DNA of 64,000 bases from Octopus sinensis. Its lineage: Eukaryota. The DNA lies in NCBI RefSeq assembly GCF_006345805.1, contig NC_042998.1:170314001-170378000 (forward strand). Reading direction: 5' to 3'. Positions within the stretch are counted from its first letter, which is position 1. Each line of letters begins with the position of its first letter. The notes beneath the pieces were generated by a model, which made no database searches, was not told where the DNA came from, and saw nothing but the letters and a program-made list of their open reading frames with translations. Both the position numbers and the translations under genes were made by a program. Shown here in pieces: positions 9,446 through 23,569 of the stretch.

Positions 9446-12166
9446 TTTTCTCTCGGCTGTCACCGAATGTCCAATCTATACTGGGCACAGCTGTACACTC
9501 AAATTCGCTTGACCAGTTAGCCACCATGGCGGGCAAAATTATTGAGTTCACTGTGCAGCCTGCACCTCATCATACTAGTTCAGACACCGTAGCAGCTTCC
9601 TCTATTACCACTAAGTCCACTCCCTCGTCACATGACGACATTTTGGAGAGAGTCGATGTGTTAGCATGTCGCATGGACACATTGTGGTGAGGACATGCCA
9701 GCACTCGTTGTCCTCGCAGCAGAAGCCGTTCTCAGTCACAGTCGACTAGGTCTACTCCAACGGGTTCCAATCTCTGCTGGTACCATGCCACTTTCAAGGC
9801 CTCCAGCCATGCTCGTTCCAGTTGTCGGGAAACTAGTTACGGAAGATTTGAGCACGTCAGACGTTTCTTACACTTTCTCATCTAATCGTGCATTCTTTGT
9901 TAAGGATCATGTGTCTGGTGAAGCGTTTATGGTTGACACTGGATCCAGCTGTTCTATTTGGCCTTTGCATTTTACTTCAGACAAGCCGAAGCAATCTGCC
10001 ATTAACCTGCACGCCGTGAATCTATCCCCAATAAAAACTTACTGTCAAGTCTCATTACACCTAAATCTCAACCTTTGAAGGTATTTTAGGCGGGTTTTTG
10101 TTATAGCAGATCTGCCCTACCCCATTCTGGGTGTGGACTTCTTAAACCATTTCCCCTTATTTGTAAGATGTCAGGCAACAGAGACTCGTGGATGATTCTA
10201 CGTCTTTGTTTACGCCTACTTACGTTACTACTAATGCTGTTTTCAGCCTGCCATTTTTTGTCACCACTGCTGGTAACCAGTTCCACTCCCTTTTGGCTTC
10301 TTTCCCAGAGCTTGTGGATCTGACTTTCAAATCAGTGAAAGTCACACACCCAACTCGTCATTATATCACTACTTCTAGACCACCCGTTTTTTCTGATTGG
10401 CTCAAAAAGGCTCGTTCTGAGTTTGAACATATGCTTCAACTCGGCCTTATTTCCCCCCACCCCACCCCATCCCACCAGCCCTTGGGCATCTCCTCTACAT
10501 TTGGCAAGGAAAGGGGATTCAGACTTTCGCCCGGTAGGGGATTACAGATGTTTAAATGCGTCACTTTTCCCGATCACTATCCTCCAAGGATCTCCAGGAT
10601 TTTTCTTTGTTACAGTACATCTGAGCGTGAACTCTTAGCAATCTACCTGTCAATTCGTTACATTCAACATCAACTCGAGGGCCAGGATTTTGAGATTTAT
10701 ACTAATCACAAGCCTCTTACGTTTGCTCTGACATCCAAATAGTGGACATTTCTGCTGAGTCAGTTGTTCGAGCTTTCATTTCTAACTGGATTGCTCGCTT
10801 TGGTATCCCAGCTAAAATAACCACTGATTGTGGACGCCAGTTTGAAGCCTCCTTATTTTGTGAATTGTCACGAATCCTAGGCGTTCATCACATTCGTACA
10901 ACCAGCTACCACCCAGCTTCCAATGGGTTGGTTTAAAGTTTCCACAGGCAACTGAAGGCTGCTCTATGCGCCACTTCTGATCCACAGTCTTGGACAGAAT
11001 TCCTGCCTATCCTTCTTCTTGGTTGTCGCACTGTTGTTAAAGCAGACTTAGGTTTCTCCTCTGCTGAACTCCTTTACGGTACCATCCTGGCACTCCCTGG
11101 CACAATGTTGGCACCAGACAATTCATCGCGTTCTGATCCAACATTGTATGCCACCAGACTTTGCTTGTATTTCTCAAGTCTTCCACCCAGTCTATTCCCT
11201 CTCACGTCCCACCAGACATTGACAAATGGACTCACGTTTTTGTTTGGGATGATTCTGTCAAAGGACCTCTCATTTCTCCTTATAAGGGACCATTTCATGT
11301 GCTATCACGTACACCTAAAACTTTTAGTCTCGACATCAATGGTCGGGCAGAGACTATGTTGCTCGACAGACTTAAAAGGGCGCATTTTGAGGTGTCCACA
11401 CCCTTCGATGACATCCCAACCACACCCACCTTTGATCCCTTACAACCACCTACACATCCACCTGCACATGCACCTTTGATCACACCATCACCTACACCTC
11501 CACCTTCGTCCCCACTACCTAACACGGACAAATCCTATGTCACCAGGACAGGTCGCACTGTGCATTGGCCCAAAAAACTCACTAGAACTATTTACATCTA
11601 ACTTTTTCCCTTTTTCTTTCTGTGACAGACAATTGTTTTCTCATGTGCTGAACAATACCAATGCCATGCCAATTGAACTCTGTAAAATAATGTTTTGTGC
11701 ATGCTCCTTTTATATCGTGATTATTTTTCTCAATTTCACGTTTTGTATTATATTTTGTACCACATCTTGTTGTTTGTGATCGGTGGCCATCTTTGCTTTC
11801 TTGTGCATGCTCCAGTCATTCTAATTTTCGCACTAGCGTTCTCGGGTGGGGGGAGCCCTTGTAGCATGACACAAGAAGCCAGCACCATTTTGTACGAGAT
11901 CTCGCCAGTGGCCACTGCCAGGTCCGAGACAAGTGCGAGATCTCGCCTACAACCATGTTTGCCATGCGCAAGACCACAGTGAGGCTCTCGTGGACAACAT
12001 CTATTTAAGGAGGTGTATTGAGCAACCCGCTCTCTTCTCTCGCATTGGCGCTCACGTTGAACAACACTGCAGCCTACCAGCTCACAGCAGATTCTTGACC
12101 TGCTCTAACTTTACCAGTTATCTCCAGAGGTAATGTACCTCTCGCGAACAGAGCTAATGAACTACA
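9446..12166 (+). mobile_element. 5'-truncated, internally deleted Ty3/Gypsy LTR retrotransposon
   Basis: Gag C-terminus ('LSPNVQSILG...LATMAGKI', 'NLCWYH'), protease 'FMVDTGSSCS', RNase H 'YSTSERELLAIY...YTNHKPLTFAL', integrase 'WIARFGIPAKITTDCGRQF...TTSYHPASNG' and 'SPYKGPFHVL', in PR-RT-RH-IN order; PPT at 11844-11855. Confidence 0.9.
11860..12166 (+). repeat. 3' LTR of the Gypsy element (307 bp)
   Basis: Follows the PPT, begins TGTAG and ends CTACA; homologous to the solo LTR at 46934-47214. Confidence 0.85.
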
Positions 12167-12822
12167 TGCTGACATACAGCTGGTCACCAGGAGCAAACCC
12201 CATGAAATGAGAACCAAATAAGCAACCATTGAATTGCATCCACTTGTAAGCCTCATCTTCTTCGAGTTCCAGAATCCTAAGAATACAAAATATAATTGTA
12301 ATGGGAGAGGGAGATACTCCACAGGTATCAGGAACCTTCCAGTCCCAGTTTGACAAGAGCTGACCAGGAAGAAGACTGCACCAGACTTCTGTTTGTTTTG
12401 GCATTGTTTTTATGGCTAGATGCCCTTAAAAAAAAGTGTTATTAATATGAAAAATTTGTGAATCAAATGTTTTAAAGTTCACAAGAATATGTAAGTAGAT
12501 TTAAAAGTTGTTGGTCACCATATTTGTCTCTGGTTGATCATTGTTCTGGAGAACATACCCACAACACACACACACACACACACACATACACACATACATA
12601 CAAGGAGGATAGAGGAATAACCCAGTTTCGAATTTTTTACATATTCTTTATAACCACCATCTGCATATTTTAATAATACATTGACAGTCTTTCTCTTTCT
12701 CTCTCTCTCTCTCTCTCTGTTCTTCTCCCTTTCCTTCCTTCTCTCACTCCCTTTCCCTTCACCCCCATCTTTCCCCACTCTCCCTGTCTATTGCCCGGAT
12801 ACAAATAATTCATTTATAAGCA

Positions 12823-15220
12823 CTAGCTGAATCACCACCCTCCAGGCGGTCAATTCAACTAGTAAATATCTGAACTTCTATTTGTAGTTTTAAAGTAAAA
12901 ATTGAAATTTACTACAATTTTCTTACTCTTTTACTCTCTAAAAGAGAGTAAAAGAGTATAGACAATGTTGTCAGTGTAGATTCCTTCCATACCCTTATAC
13001 CCTGAGTCCAAAGCCAATATATGCACATTGTTCCCAGAACCAAAGCCAATGCATGCACATTGTTCCCAGAAACAAGGTCAATATATACTCATTGTTCCTA
13101 GAACTTTTGATTGGTTGTCATAGTGATGAAGTAGTCTGGCTTTCCAAACTCTCTCGCCAAAGCCATTCCAGCTTGGAAACACTCCCTGTAAAACCAAGAA
13201 CCAGTAAATCATTCATGTCACCCTTTGCAATAGCATCCAGAAGGCCCTGGTACTTTTCAGCCTTAACCTGTTTCTGATGAGTTCTTAGGAAGTGTAATCA
13301 ATCTTGCTCTATCTTTGAATATTGATCTACTGCATATTGTTGCATCAGACGTCTACTTTTCACTATGCCTTTGAACTTGTCCTTACCCAAAGCCAATAAG
13401 AATAAAAGTCACATTCAGTGACATTCTTACTTCAGTTATTGTCTTTCAAGAGCACATTCCAGCCATCTTCCCCACAGGAAACAAAAGTACATAATGAAGA
13501 CGGTCATAGCTTTGACCAATGTAGTCTAACTTCCCATTGCTTTCTCTGTATGGCACAACAGCATCCGCAGGTTTAATGTTTGGATTATTAGTATCATCTC
13601 CCACCATGATCACAGCAACTTCTGCTGCAGTCAGTGGATTATAGGCTCTCTCATGTGACCCAGCAGGAATCAGCTGTTTGTCATGACTTGTAATAATATC
13701 ACTGGTAGAACATTTTCCTGGTGCAGAGAATTCCTTAATTATATCAATAACCTGTTTAAAACTTTTGACATATGGATTATGCATATGCAGGGCTCTTTAC
13801 AAGTCTAGCAGGATGTTTTCATTAAGGTCAATGGCAGCTCCTCTGAATGACAACCTGTTTCTCATCTCATTTTCAGTATCAATGAAATATAGCTATGCGT
13901 AGACTGGCTTCCTATTTACTGCTGGTAGGAGACTTCCTATGCAGTGGTACAACTTTCCTTAAATCTTGAAAGAAGGTATAAAAGTGCTACCACCATGAGG
14001 TCCAACTGGTGGATTATCCAGTCCAAGTGAAGCCATAGCCAGTAAATTATTGTAGTCACGAATTTTGTTCAGAAACATTTGACTGTATAGATTAACATCA
14101 TAGTACTTCGCTATTAATTCTGTTTTTTTTTTATCTGTGGAACTTTGTCACTGCTAATTTTTCCTTTGCCACAACAGAGGGTAGTTTTCTCAGAACTCTA
14201 AAGGAAAGCTTTGCAGCCAGGGCATGTTCTGTTAAAAATGTTTCCACAGTAGTACAACATAAAGCTTGGGTTTCATTCTTTCTCATGAAAATCTGCCACA
14301 TCAACTTCCATAGCCATTCTCTCAAAGTCAGTTCTTTGGTTGTTTGCTTGTCGCTGCTGAATTTGGGGCAGCAACATATTTTCTCTAGAGTCCTGTTTCC
14401 TCAGCCAACCAGCATTTATCCATGCTTCTGTTTCTTGGGGTGTTTCCATTGCATGGCTTTTCTGTGTTCTTAGCCAATTCACATTCCTCCATGCTTCTCT
14501 TTTTCCTGGTCTTTCCATTGCACGGGTATCCTGTGTTGTCATCTGATTCTCATTCCTCCGTGCTTCTGAATCTTCTGATCTTTCCATTGCACAGGTTTCC
14601 TCTCTCCTCAGCTGACCTGCATTTCTCTGTGCCTCTGTTTCTTCTAGTCTTTCCATTGCATTTTCTTGCATTTTCCTTCGCTTTATTTCGTGACACTGAG
14701 AAGACCTAGGTCCTTGTCTGTTTTCTTCAATTAGCGTCTATTGACTTAGCTCAACAATCTTTTGTGAATGGGAATTTGGGTGGGGGACAGGTTGTTGCCC
14801 TTACTTTTTCTGGGCACAGTGTACTGTTGAAAGCGTGAATATTTATGACAATTATAGGAGACATGGAAAAGAACGCAATTGTTCAAGAAAAAGTGAGTTT
14901 TGAGATGTAACATCCTCTGCAATTCCCTCAATTACCCCTCATCACACTACAGCTCTGAATAAGAGAAAGAGGCAGTAAGCATGCAGAATAGTAGGAGAGT
15001 CACTGAATAGTGAGAGAGTGGTAATTCGTTTTGTCAGATTTTACCAGACTGGAACCGGACAGGTTAATTTTCGTGAATCCCACATGGATGTTGACACTCT
15101 CCCGGTACCCACAGTCCCTCATGCCCAAGTTTGGTTAAAATCTGTCCAGTGGTTGCGGAGGAGTTTGTTGACAAAATTTTGGCACAGACACACACACCCT
15201 CACACATAAATAACCTGAGA
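12823..15220 (-). mobile_element. Decayed Helitron (N-terminal repeats and Rep region; helicase deleted)
   Basis: Peptides 'ERLEETEAQRN' repeats, 'GKLYHCIGSLLP...LYFIDTENE', 'NPYVKSFK..HERAYNPLTAAEVAVIMVGDD..YDRLHYVLLFP', 'RLMQQYAVDQYSKIE', 'AEKYQGLLDAI'; 3' hairpin plus CTAG|T at 12823-12826; Helitron-like 5' sequence near 15100-15220. Confidence 0.85.
13008..13103. repeat. 32-bp tandem repeat x3
   Basis: Unit 'ccaaagccaatatatgcacattgttcccagaa' and two variants. Confidence 0.85.
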
Positions 15221-15254
15221 ATAATGGTTCTGTAATTTCTTACTGAACAACCAG

Positions 15255-15497
15255 CACAAACGATTCATTTATAATGATCAAATGTATGTACTGTACATTA
15301 GCTCACTCTCTCTATCAAATCAACATTGCCTGATCAGGTGCACAGTGTACCACACGTCAGATGTTGAAGTGATCACAGAGCAACATGAGGTGAAGTGTTT
15401 TGATCAGCAACACAATACACCACCTTGTTCAAGAATTGAAACCACAAACTTGCGAACGTTGATGCAACACCCTAACCAATAGGCCATGCACCTTCAC
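15255..15497 (-). mobile_element. tRNA-derived SINE
   Basis: Minus strand has A-box-like 'tggcctattgg' and B-box-like 'ggtttcaattc'; related heads at ~17210 and ~36190 on the plus strand. Confidence 0.6.
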
Positions 15498-16162
15498 ACA
15501 ATATATATATATGGTAAATACAGGCTTGATTACCAGATTTTATAATTCCTGGAAAATGAGGAATATTGAACAGAAACCTCAAGTTCCTAGGAATTCTCTA
15601 GGAATACATTACAATCTTTATTTTTTATTTCCTTTCACTTTCGTTTAATGATTTAGAGTTTTGGACACTAAAAGGAAAGACTCATACACTATTATCCTCA
15701 TCATCATCATCATCGTCATCTTCATCACCATTGCTATCAGCATCAATATCACCACTACCATTGTCACTGCCTCTACCACTGCCACTACTATGAAATACAG
15801 AATGAATGGCTTAAGTGGGAATTGAAATTGTTTAAAATTTATGTACCATCATGTAGAGAAGAGACTAACACAAACACAACAGATCGAAATATATGCTGAG
15901 ATATACTTTATTTAGGAACAATAAACTGAATATATTTCAAGAATTTCATCACTTTTGTCTTCCATTTCCTTCCAAACAAATTGTTTCCAGTAAAATAATT
16001 AGGATCTTACATTGTTGAAGGAAGTCAATTAACCACAGTCAAAAAGAGTTAAAAATAAAAGGAAATTAAATAAAATGCAAATAAATATTTTAATATGGCA
16101 ACAACAATAATAATGATAATAATAAATCAATAATAGTAATAAACATAATAATAATAATAATA

Positions 16163-16377
16163 ATCCTTTACACTAAAGACACAAGGCCTGAAATTTTGGG
16201 GTATGGGACTAGTCGATTACATCGACCCCAGTGTTTCACTGGTACTTAATTTATCGACCTCAAAAGAATGAAAGGCAAAGTCGACCATGGCAGAATTTGA
16301 ACCCAGAACGTAATGGCAGACGAAATGCTGCTAAGCATTTTGCCTGGCATGCTAACAGTTCTGCCAGCTTGCCATCT

Positions 16378-16378
<1 letters not shown>
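16163..16378 (-). mobile_element. tRNA-derived CORE-like SINE with (ATT)n tail
   Basis: Minus: 'ctggcagaa..gttagc' head, 'gggttcaaattc' B box, 'gcctttcattcttttgaggtcgataaattaagtacc' CORE-like block, ATT tail. Confidence 0.85.
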
Positions 16379-16411
<33 letters not shown>

Positions 16412-16422
16412 AATAATAATAG

Positions 16423-16692
16423 AGATTTCTAACATGAGCACAAGGCCATAATTTTTAGGAAAAGAAGGCTAGTTGGTTATATCAACATTGCCTGAATAGG
16501 TGCTGTGGGGCACATGTTGGGTATCAAAGTGACTGCAGAGCAACATAGCTGATACTTTTTTTATCAACTGTGAAAGGATGAAAGATAAAGTTGACCTTGA
16601 CAGAATTTGAACTCAGAACATAAAGGGTTGTGACTAAATACCGCAAGATATTTTATTTAAGCCTCAACAAATTCTGATAATCCCCACACATT
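16423..16692 (-). mobile_element. Diverged or chimeric CORE-like SINE
   Basis: Contains 'gaaaggatgaaagataaagttgacc..gaatttgaactcagaac', plus an internal piece resembling the 15255 SINE. Confidence 0.65.
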
Positions 16693-16722
16693 TAATAATA
16701 ATAATTATAATAAGGATAATAC

Positions 16723-16936
16723 TTGTTTCTATTACAGGCACAAGGCCTGAAATTTGCAGGGAAGGGCAAGTTGATTACATAAATCCCAGTGCTTGACTGG
16801 TACTCATTTGTATCAACCCTAAAAGGATGAAAGGCAAAGTCAGCCTCGGCAGAAATTGAACTCAGAATGTAAAGATGGACAAATGCTACTAAGCATTTCA
16901 TCCAGCATGCTAACAATTCTGCCAGCTCTCCGCCTT
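16723..16936 (-). mobile_element. CORE-like SINE
   Basis: Same family as 16163-16378. Confidence 0.85.
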
Positions 16937-18766
16937 AAGTACCAACAATAACAATAATAATAATAATAGTAATAATCTCTCAGTCAGAACAGTGATATCT
17001 CACTGTACTCAGACATTCTTTGATCCAAAGTTTCTTGTCCATTTTTAAGGGGTCCACAGAATTTCTATCAAAATCACTCCTTTGAAAAACTTTTCTCTAA
17101 ATACAAGTAACCAAATTATTGAATCACTGAATCGCATTATCATGAAAACACTACATAAAAATTGTTTACAATTTTAGACCTGCACTTTTATATTTTTTCA
17201 CCTCTTACTGTAGTTAAGATATCATACTCACAATCACAAGACTGTGGTTTTGACTCCTGGACTGACTGGATGGTATGTTGTGCTCTTCAGCAAAACACTG
17301 CATTTCACATTGATTCAGTCCACTTGGTTATAAATGAGTAACCCTGTAATGGATGGGCATCCAGTTCGGGGGAAATGTTGTGATCTTCATCATTTATACG
17401 CTACAGAAACCAAGCAGAGTAACTAGCACTGTGAATCCTAAGACCTGAATCAGTAATGTCCAGGTTTCGTGATGTTGATGATAAAGACATGGTCTAACTA
17501 TACTTAAACAGATCTGTGGGTAACATGTCTCACTTCCCATCAGTACAAATCACTGTTTCTTAAACAGAGTTGTAACCTCCTTTTGAGCAATTTATAAAAA
17601 CTTTGGGGGAAGTGAGTACAAGGAGAGTATTGGTGCAGTGCATTAAATAATAGTTCTGAGGTACTGATCTTAAGTTATGCCAAAATGAAGATGAGAAAGT
17701 ACTTGGAAGAGTATGGTTATACATATTGTAACAACCATCTAAAACATAAAATGAGAAATGCTTTTCACTGGAAATGTTCATTTAAACTGGTGAGGATTTG
17801 CTTCATATGAATGTGAAAATTAACATTTTTTTGTACTGTTTGTAGAGTAAAATTACTCTACCATACAGCCAGGTCCCATCTCTGACCAACAGCCAAAGGA
17901 TGTTTTGAGTTAGAAATAGCAAAGAAATGTCAAATCCATCATAAATAGCATATGTCTGTGATGTGATGTGTGTGTGTGTGTGTGTGTGTGTGCACATGCA
18001 TGCGTATGTGTACATGAGTGTGCACAGGCAGTCAAACTAAAACCACATGGCAAAAATTAATGAATATTTTAGTGGGCAAGAGGAAACAGATACACAAGAA
18101 AAATTTGTGAAAAATAATAAAATAATTGAAAAGGATTTCATACCTTTGAATGACAGGGTAATAATATAACAAAAAGTCAGAGGCAGGGTTTTAATATCAG
18201 TGAAAAGCAGAGTCAGATGATAATTTATCAAAAAAAAAAAAACTTTAAAAACAAATAAATAAACATTTTCAGTGTAACATGGTAATGCCTTCCAGTGGAA
18301 TGAGATTTCAACATTTTAAAATTTGGTCAGCTTTATTTTTTAAAAAGTTTTCATAAGAAATGCTTCCAAAGAAAACAGTTATGACCCACACATGGGTTAC
18401 TTAGTAATCAAGCGAATGCATAAAATAAAATCATACCTTAATAAATAATAATAATAATTATTATTATCACAATAAAATTATAATCTTCTTAATAATAAAT
18501 ATACCTGAATTTTGTAAGACATTGAATTTAGCTGTTCACCGACATATTTTTAAAATTCTTTTTGGCTTTAACATTACCAGATAAATAAAGAGGCAATAAT
18601 AGCCATTTTTTCAGATTGTTTTTTAAAAATTACCACATATGTACAGAATAAAACAAAGCAATTAAGTCATTATCTTTTTTTATGAAAAAATTACGAAATA
18701 ACGTGTCGCTTGCTTCAAAGTTCAAATTTGTACATTTATATTTATGTATATGTATATGTGTGTTTA

Positions 18767-18928
<162 letters not shown>

Positions 18929-18988
18929 ATATATATATATATATACTTATACATATATATATATACATATATATATATATACTTATAC

Positions 18989-19019
<31 letters not shown>

Positions 19020-19406
19020 ATATATATATATATATATAGGCATGCACACATATAACTGGTATAAACAAAGGCATTGTCTAATCTATATATTGACAGTTTA
19101 AAAACATTTAAAAGATGAATATTCCAAACATATTTGTAACACGTGATTTACACACACACTCATATATATATATATATATATATAGATATATAGATATAGA
19201 TATAGATATGTGTGTGTGTATGCATATATATATATATATACACACAGGTAATGAAGATATATATATATAAACATATATATATGTGTGTGTATGTACATAT
19301 GTTTGATTGTGTTGTGTGTGTGTAAAAACAAAAATATAAGAATATGGATATATTTATATGTATGTATATATGTGTATAAATATATGTGTATATGTATATA
19401 CATATG

Positions 19407-19441
<35 letters not shown>

Positions 19442-19522
19442 TATATATATATAAATCAAAAATGTTTCTTTTGAATAATATAATACACAAACATACACAC
19501 ACATACACATATATGCATATTC

Positions 19523-19573
<51 letters not shown>

Positions 19574-21146
19574 TACACACACACACACACATACACATAT
19601 ATATGGAAGTATGAAAAAGGTGGGACATGAACAAAAATGACAAAACAATAGCATACATACATGTGTATATGTGTCTGTGTATATATATATATACATACAC
19701 ACACACACATATATATGCATTGAATATAGAAGACTTAACAAATAGTGATCTGTTACATAGATACAAGGCTGAAGACATCACAAATGTTAAAAGCCACTAT
19801 TCTCTATGACAATATAACAAATTTTGATTGTTGCTTATCTCTTTTCATAAAAGATAATCATTATTTTTTGCCATCTTCCATCAGAGGCAACTATTTTTTT
19901 ATTTTTTATTTGATTTGGTGTGTTTTAAGGAGTCTTTTGTTTTGTTTTGTTTTCGTTTTTCTCACAGCAAAAAAATTTGAATTTTCATTTAGAATAATTA
20001 CATTGATCTTTACTTTTTGCTTTTTTAATTCTTGTTTTTGATCAGACATCAACTGATAAAAAAAAATGTTTTTATTTTGTTTTGTTTTTTTTCAAAAGAG
20101 GAAAAAAAATTTTATGAAGGTAAAATCCATGGTCCTTAACATATATCAGATATCACTTCTTACAACACATAGACAAAGACCTCTATCCCTTGCTCTCTTA
20201 TCAAACTAGTCCTTGTATGAGAAACACAAACAACAAACAACACTAAGCAAAAGCCTGGAGATGGTCAGAAGCCTAGAGTAACTTGTCAGTGTCTTCTACA
20301 AGCTCATAGGAGAATTGAATCTTCAATCTGTGATCTCAAAAAGCACATCTTAAATATAGAGAATTTTAATAATTTACAACTATAAGTTGTACCCCAACAT
20401 GTTACCTGTGTGCACAGCCTGATGAATCAAGCCAGTAGTTTTGCCAGTACATGTACTAGTACATGTTGCATATATATACAGCCTAATGACTCAAGCCAGT
20501 GAGGTTTAGTTGTTTTATTAATGGTCATTGTACAGCAGCAAAATGCTATAAATAGTCAATTCATTCGCCATTTTTATCAACTTAGCTAATTACAACTCTA
20601 ATGAATTCTAATATGACATATTGCCTCATTGCTCTTATGTCAAATAAAAGTATTTTTCTGACTTTTTTTTTTATATATTCTATAAGCATAAAAGCAAAAT
20701 ATTAAAAATGCAGTTCTGAAAATTTATCTGAAAATCTGATCAATTTTAGAGACCATGGCATAACCTCTGTTTTTAAACTTTTTTGTTTTATTATATTGCA
20801 TTTTTTAAGTTGAATTTTCTTTTGTTCTGTATTTTCTCAATTCTTTTTTATTTTTAGATCAAGGTATAAATTTATTCTAGATCCTTGAATAGATTTTAAT
20901 CAATGTCTGAGCACCTAACTAACCTGCTGTTGTCACAGGTTATATAGGCTGTTACAGAATCTTTCCGGGTAAAATTAGCTTCATTAGTGTTTAGAAATAA
21001 AATATTTTTATATAATAATAATAAGAATATTTAGGTATTCATAACACAAAAACAAATATACAAAGTTTTAAAAAATAAACAGAAAAAAAACTGTTTAATA
21101 ATGCATTTAACAACAACAGTAATGATTAATAATCATAATAATAATA

Positions 21147-21361
21147 ATCCTTTCTACAAAAGGCACAAGGCCTGAAATTTTGGGGACGGGACAAGTCGAT
21201 TAAATCAACCCCAGTACTCAGCTGGTACATAATTTATCAACTCTGAAAGGATGAAAAGCAAAGTTGACCTCGGTGGAATATGAACTCAGAAAGCAGCGAC
21301 AGACGAAATATCACCAAGTGTTTTGTCTGCTATGCTAACGATTCTGCCAGCTCACCACCTT
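21147..21361 (-). mobile_element. CORE-like SINE
   Basis: Same family, flanked by (AAT)n. Confidence 0.85.
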
Positions 21362-21419
21362 AAGTAATAATAAAGATAATGATAATAATAATAATAATGA
21401 TGGTAATAATAACAATAAC

Positions 21420-21450
<31 letters not shown>

Positions 21451-21452
<2 letters not shown>

Positions 21453-21659
21453 CCTTTCTGCTATAAGTATAGGGCAGAAATTTTGGGGGACGGGGATAGT
21501 CAAATATATAGACCCCAGTGATCAACTGGTACTTATTTTATCAATCCCCAAAGGATGAAAGGCAAAGTCAACCTCAGCAAAATTCGAAGTCAGAATGTAA
21601 GGACAGACAAAATGCTGCAAACATTTTGTCTGGCATGGTAACAATTTTGCTCACTGCTT
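21451..21659 (-). mobile_element. CORE-like SINE
   Basis: Same family, flanked by (AAT)n. Confidence 0.8.
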
Positions 21660-21752
21660 TAATAATAATAATAATGATAATAATACTAAGAAGAAGAAGA
21701 TTTTTTATTTATTTCTCAAACCATAAATAATAAAAATAATACTGTTATTGTT

Positions 21753-21787
<35 letters not shown>

Positions 21788-21975
21788 GAAATAATAAAAT
21801 GTAATAAAAATAGAAAATATATGTTAAATAATATATATTATAAAATATTTAATAATTTAGTATTAAATATATGACATATAATAATGGTAATGTTTTTATA
21901 ATTTTATCGTAATACTTCAATAATAAAGTATTTAAAATAAACAGAAAAATTATTAAAGATATATTTAACTGTATT

Positions 21976-22006
<31 letters not shown>

Positions 22007-22040
22007 AATGATAATAATGATAATAATAATAATATTAAAT

Positions 22041-22243
22041 ACTCTCTACTATAGGCATAATGCCTGAAACTTTGAGGAAGGGGGCTAGTCAATTTCATCA
22101 ACCCAGTGCATAACTGGTACTTTATTTGATCAACCCAGAAAGGATGAGAGGCAAAGTTGACCTCGGCAGAATTTGAACTCTTAACATAAGGACGGACAAA
22201 ATTGCTGCCCGGGGTGCTAACGATTCTGCCAGCCCCCTGCCTT
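22041..22243 (-). mobile_element. CORE-like SINE
   Basis: Same family, flanked by (AAT)n. Confidence 0.8.
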
Positions 22244-22349
22244 AATAACAGTAGTAATAATAATAATGATAATATTTTAAATTATATTAATAATAATTAT
22301 AATAATGATAAATATAATAATAATAAAATATATAATAATAATAATAATA

Positions 22350-22386
<37 letters not shown>

Positions 22387-23086
22387 TATGATGATAATTA
22401 TAATAACTGAATGTCCATAACATTAAAAAGTGTTGAATATGAATTTAAAAAGTTTACAAAAAAATACAGCAAAACCTAGTAAATCAGTTTTACAAATTAC
22501 ATCTTAAAAATGTTTTGGCACATTACTTATTAACATATTGTCACATCCTATTTAAAACAGCATCATTGCAAGTTTTTAATATTGTAACACAAATTGTAAC
22601 GTAAGCATGGCGCATCACTTTTGAACAACGTGGCACCAAGTTTGTTTCTTCTTTTATTCTTTTTTCTTTTTTTTCTTTTTGCACTTGAATTCTTTAACTT
22701 TCCTGTCTTTTTGTTGTTATTCTTAATGTTGGTGGTTGTTGTTGTTACTGTTGTTGTTCAATATTGATACTTTTAGTCAAATTACAATTTCAAGATACTT
22801 CCCCATCCCACCCCATCCAACCCCATCCCATCCCCATTTTCTTTCTTTCTTTCTTTCTTTCCACCAGATTTAGTTTATATATTACAAAAAAAAAAAAGAG
22901 GTAGAAATTCTTAAATTAAACAAAAATTTTTTGGCTATTTCAAAAATGTTTAAAAAGCAACTGAAGACACAGAAAAAGAAATGTTCAATTGGTACGCCAA
23001 TATATGTATATACATGTATCTTGTGTTTGTATGTGTGTTTGAGTGCATGTCTCTGTGTGTGCATGTTTGTGTATTTACTTACATAC

Positions 23087-23125
<39 letters not shown>

Positions 23126-23537
23126 TACACACACACTCACACACATATATATATGTATGTATATGTTTATGTGTGTGTATATATATATATATATATATAC
23201 ACATATATACATACATATATATATATATACATATACATACATACATACATATATACATATATATCATATGTGTGGATCTGTGTGTGTATATATATGTGTG
23301 TATATATGTGTGTGTGTGTGTGTGTATGTGTGTGTGTGTGTATAATTGTTTCTGAGTGCATGTATAAATGTATATATACATATGTGCATACCCAAACACA
23401 CACAGATAGGTACAGACATATATTCCCATACTATATATGCATTTATACACGTATTCAGACAGATACGCACACATACTGAAGGTAGTACTCCAGCATGGTT
23501 TAAACAAACTAAAGAAATAACTACAGAATATATCACG

Positions 23538-23569
<32 letters not shown>

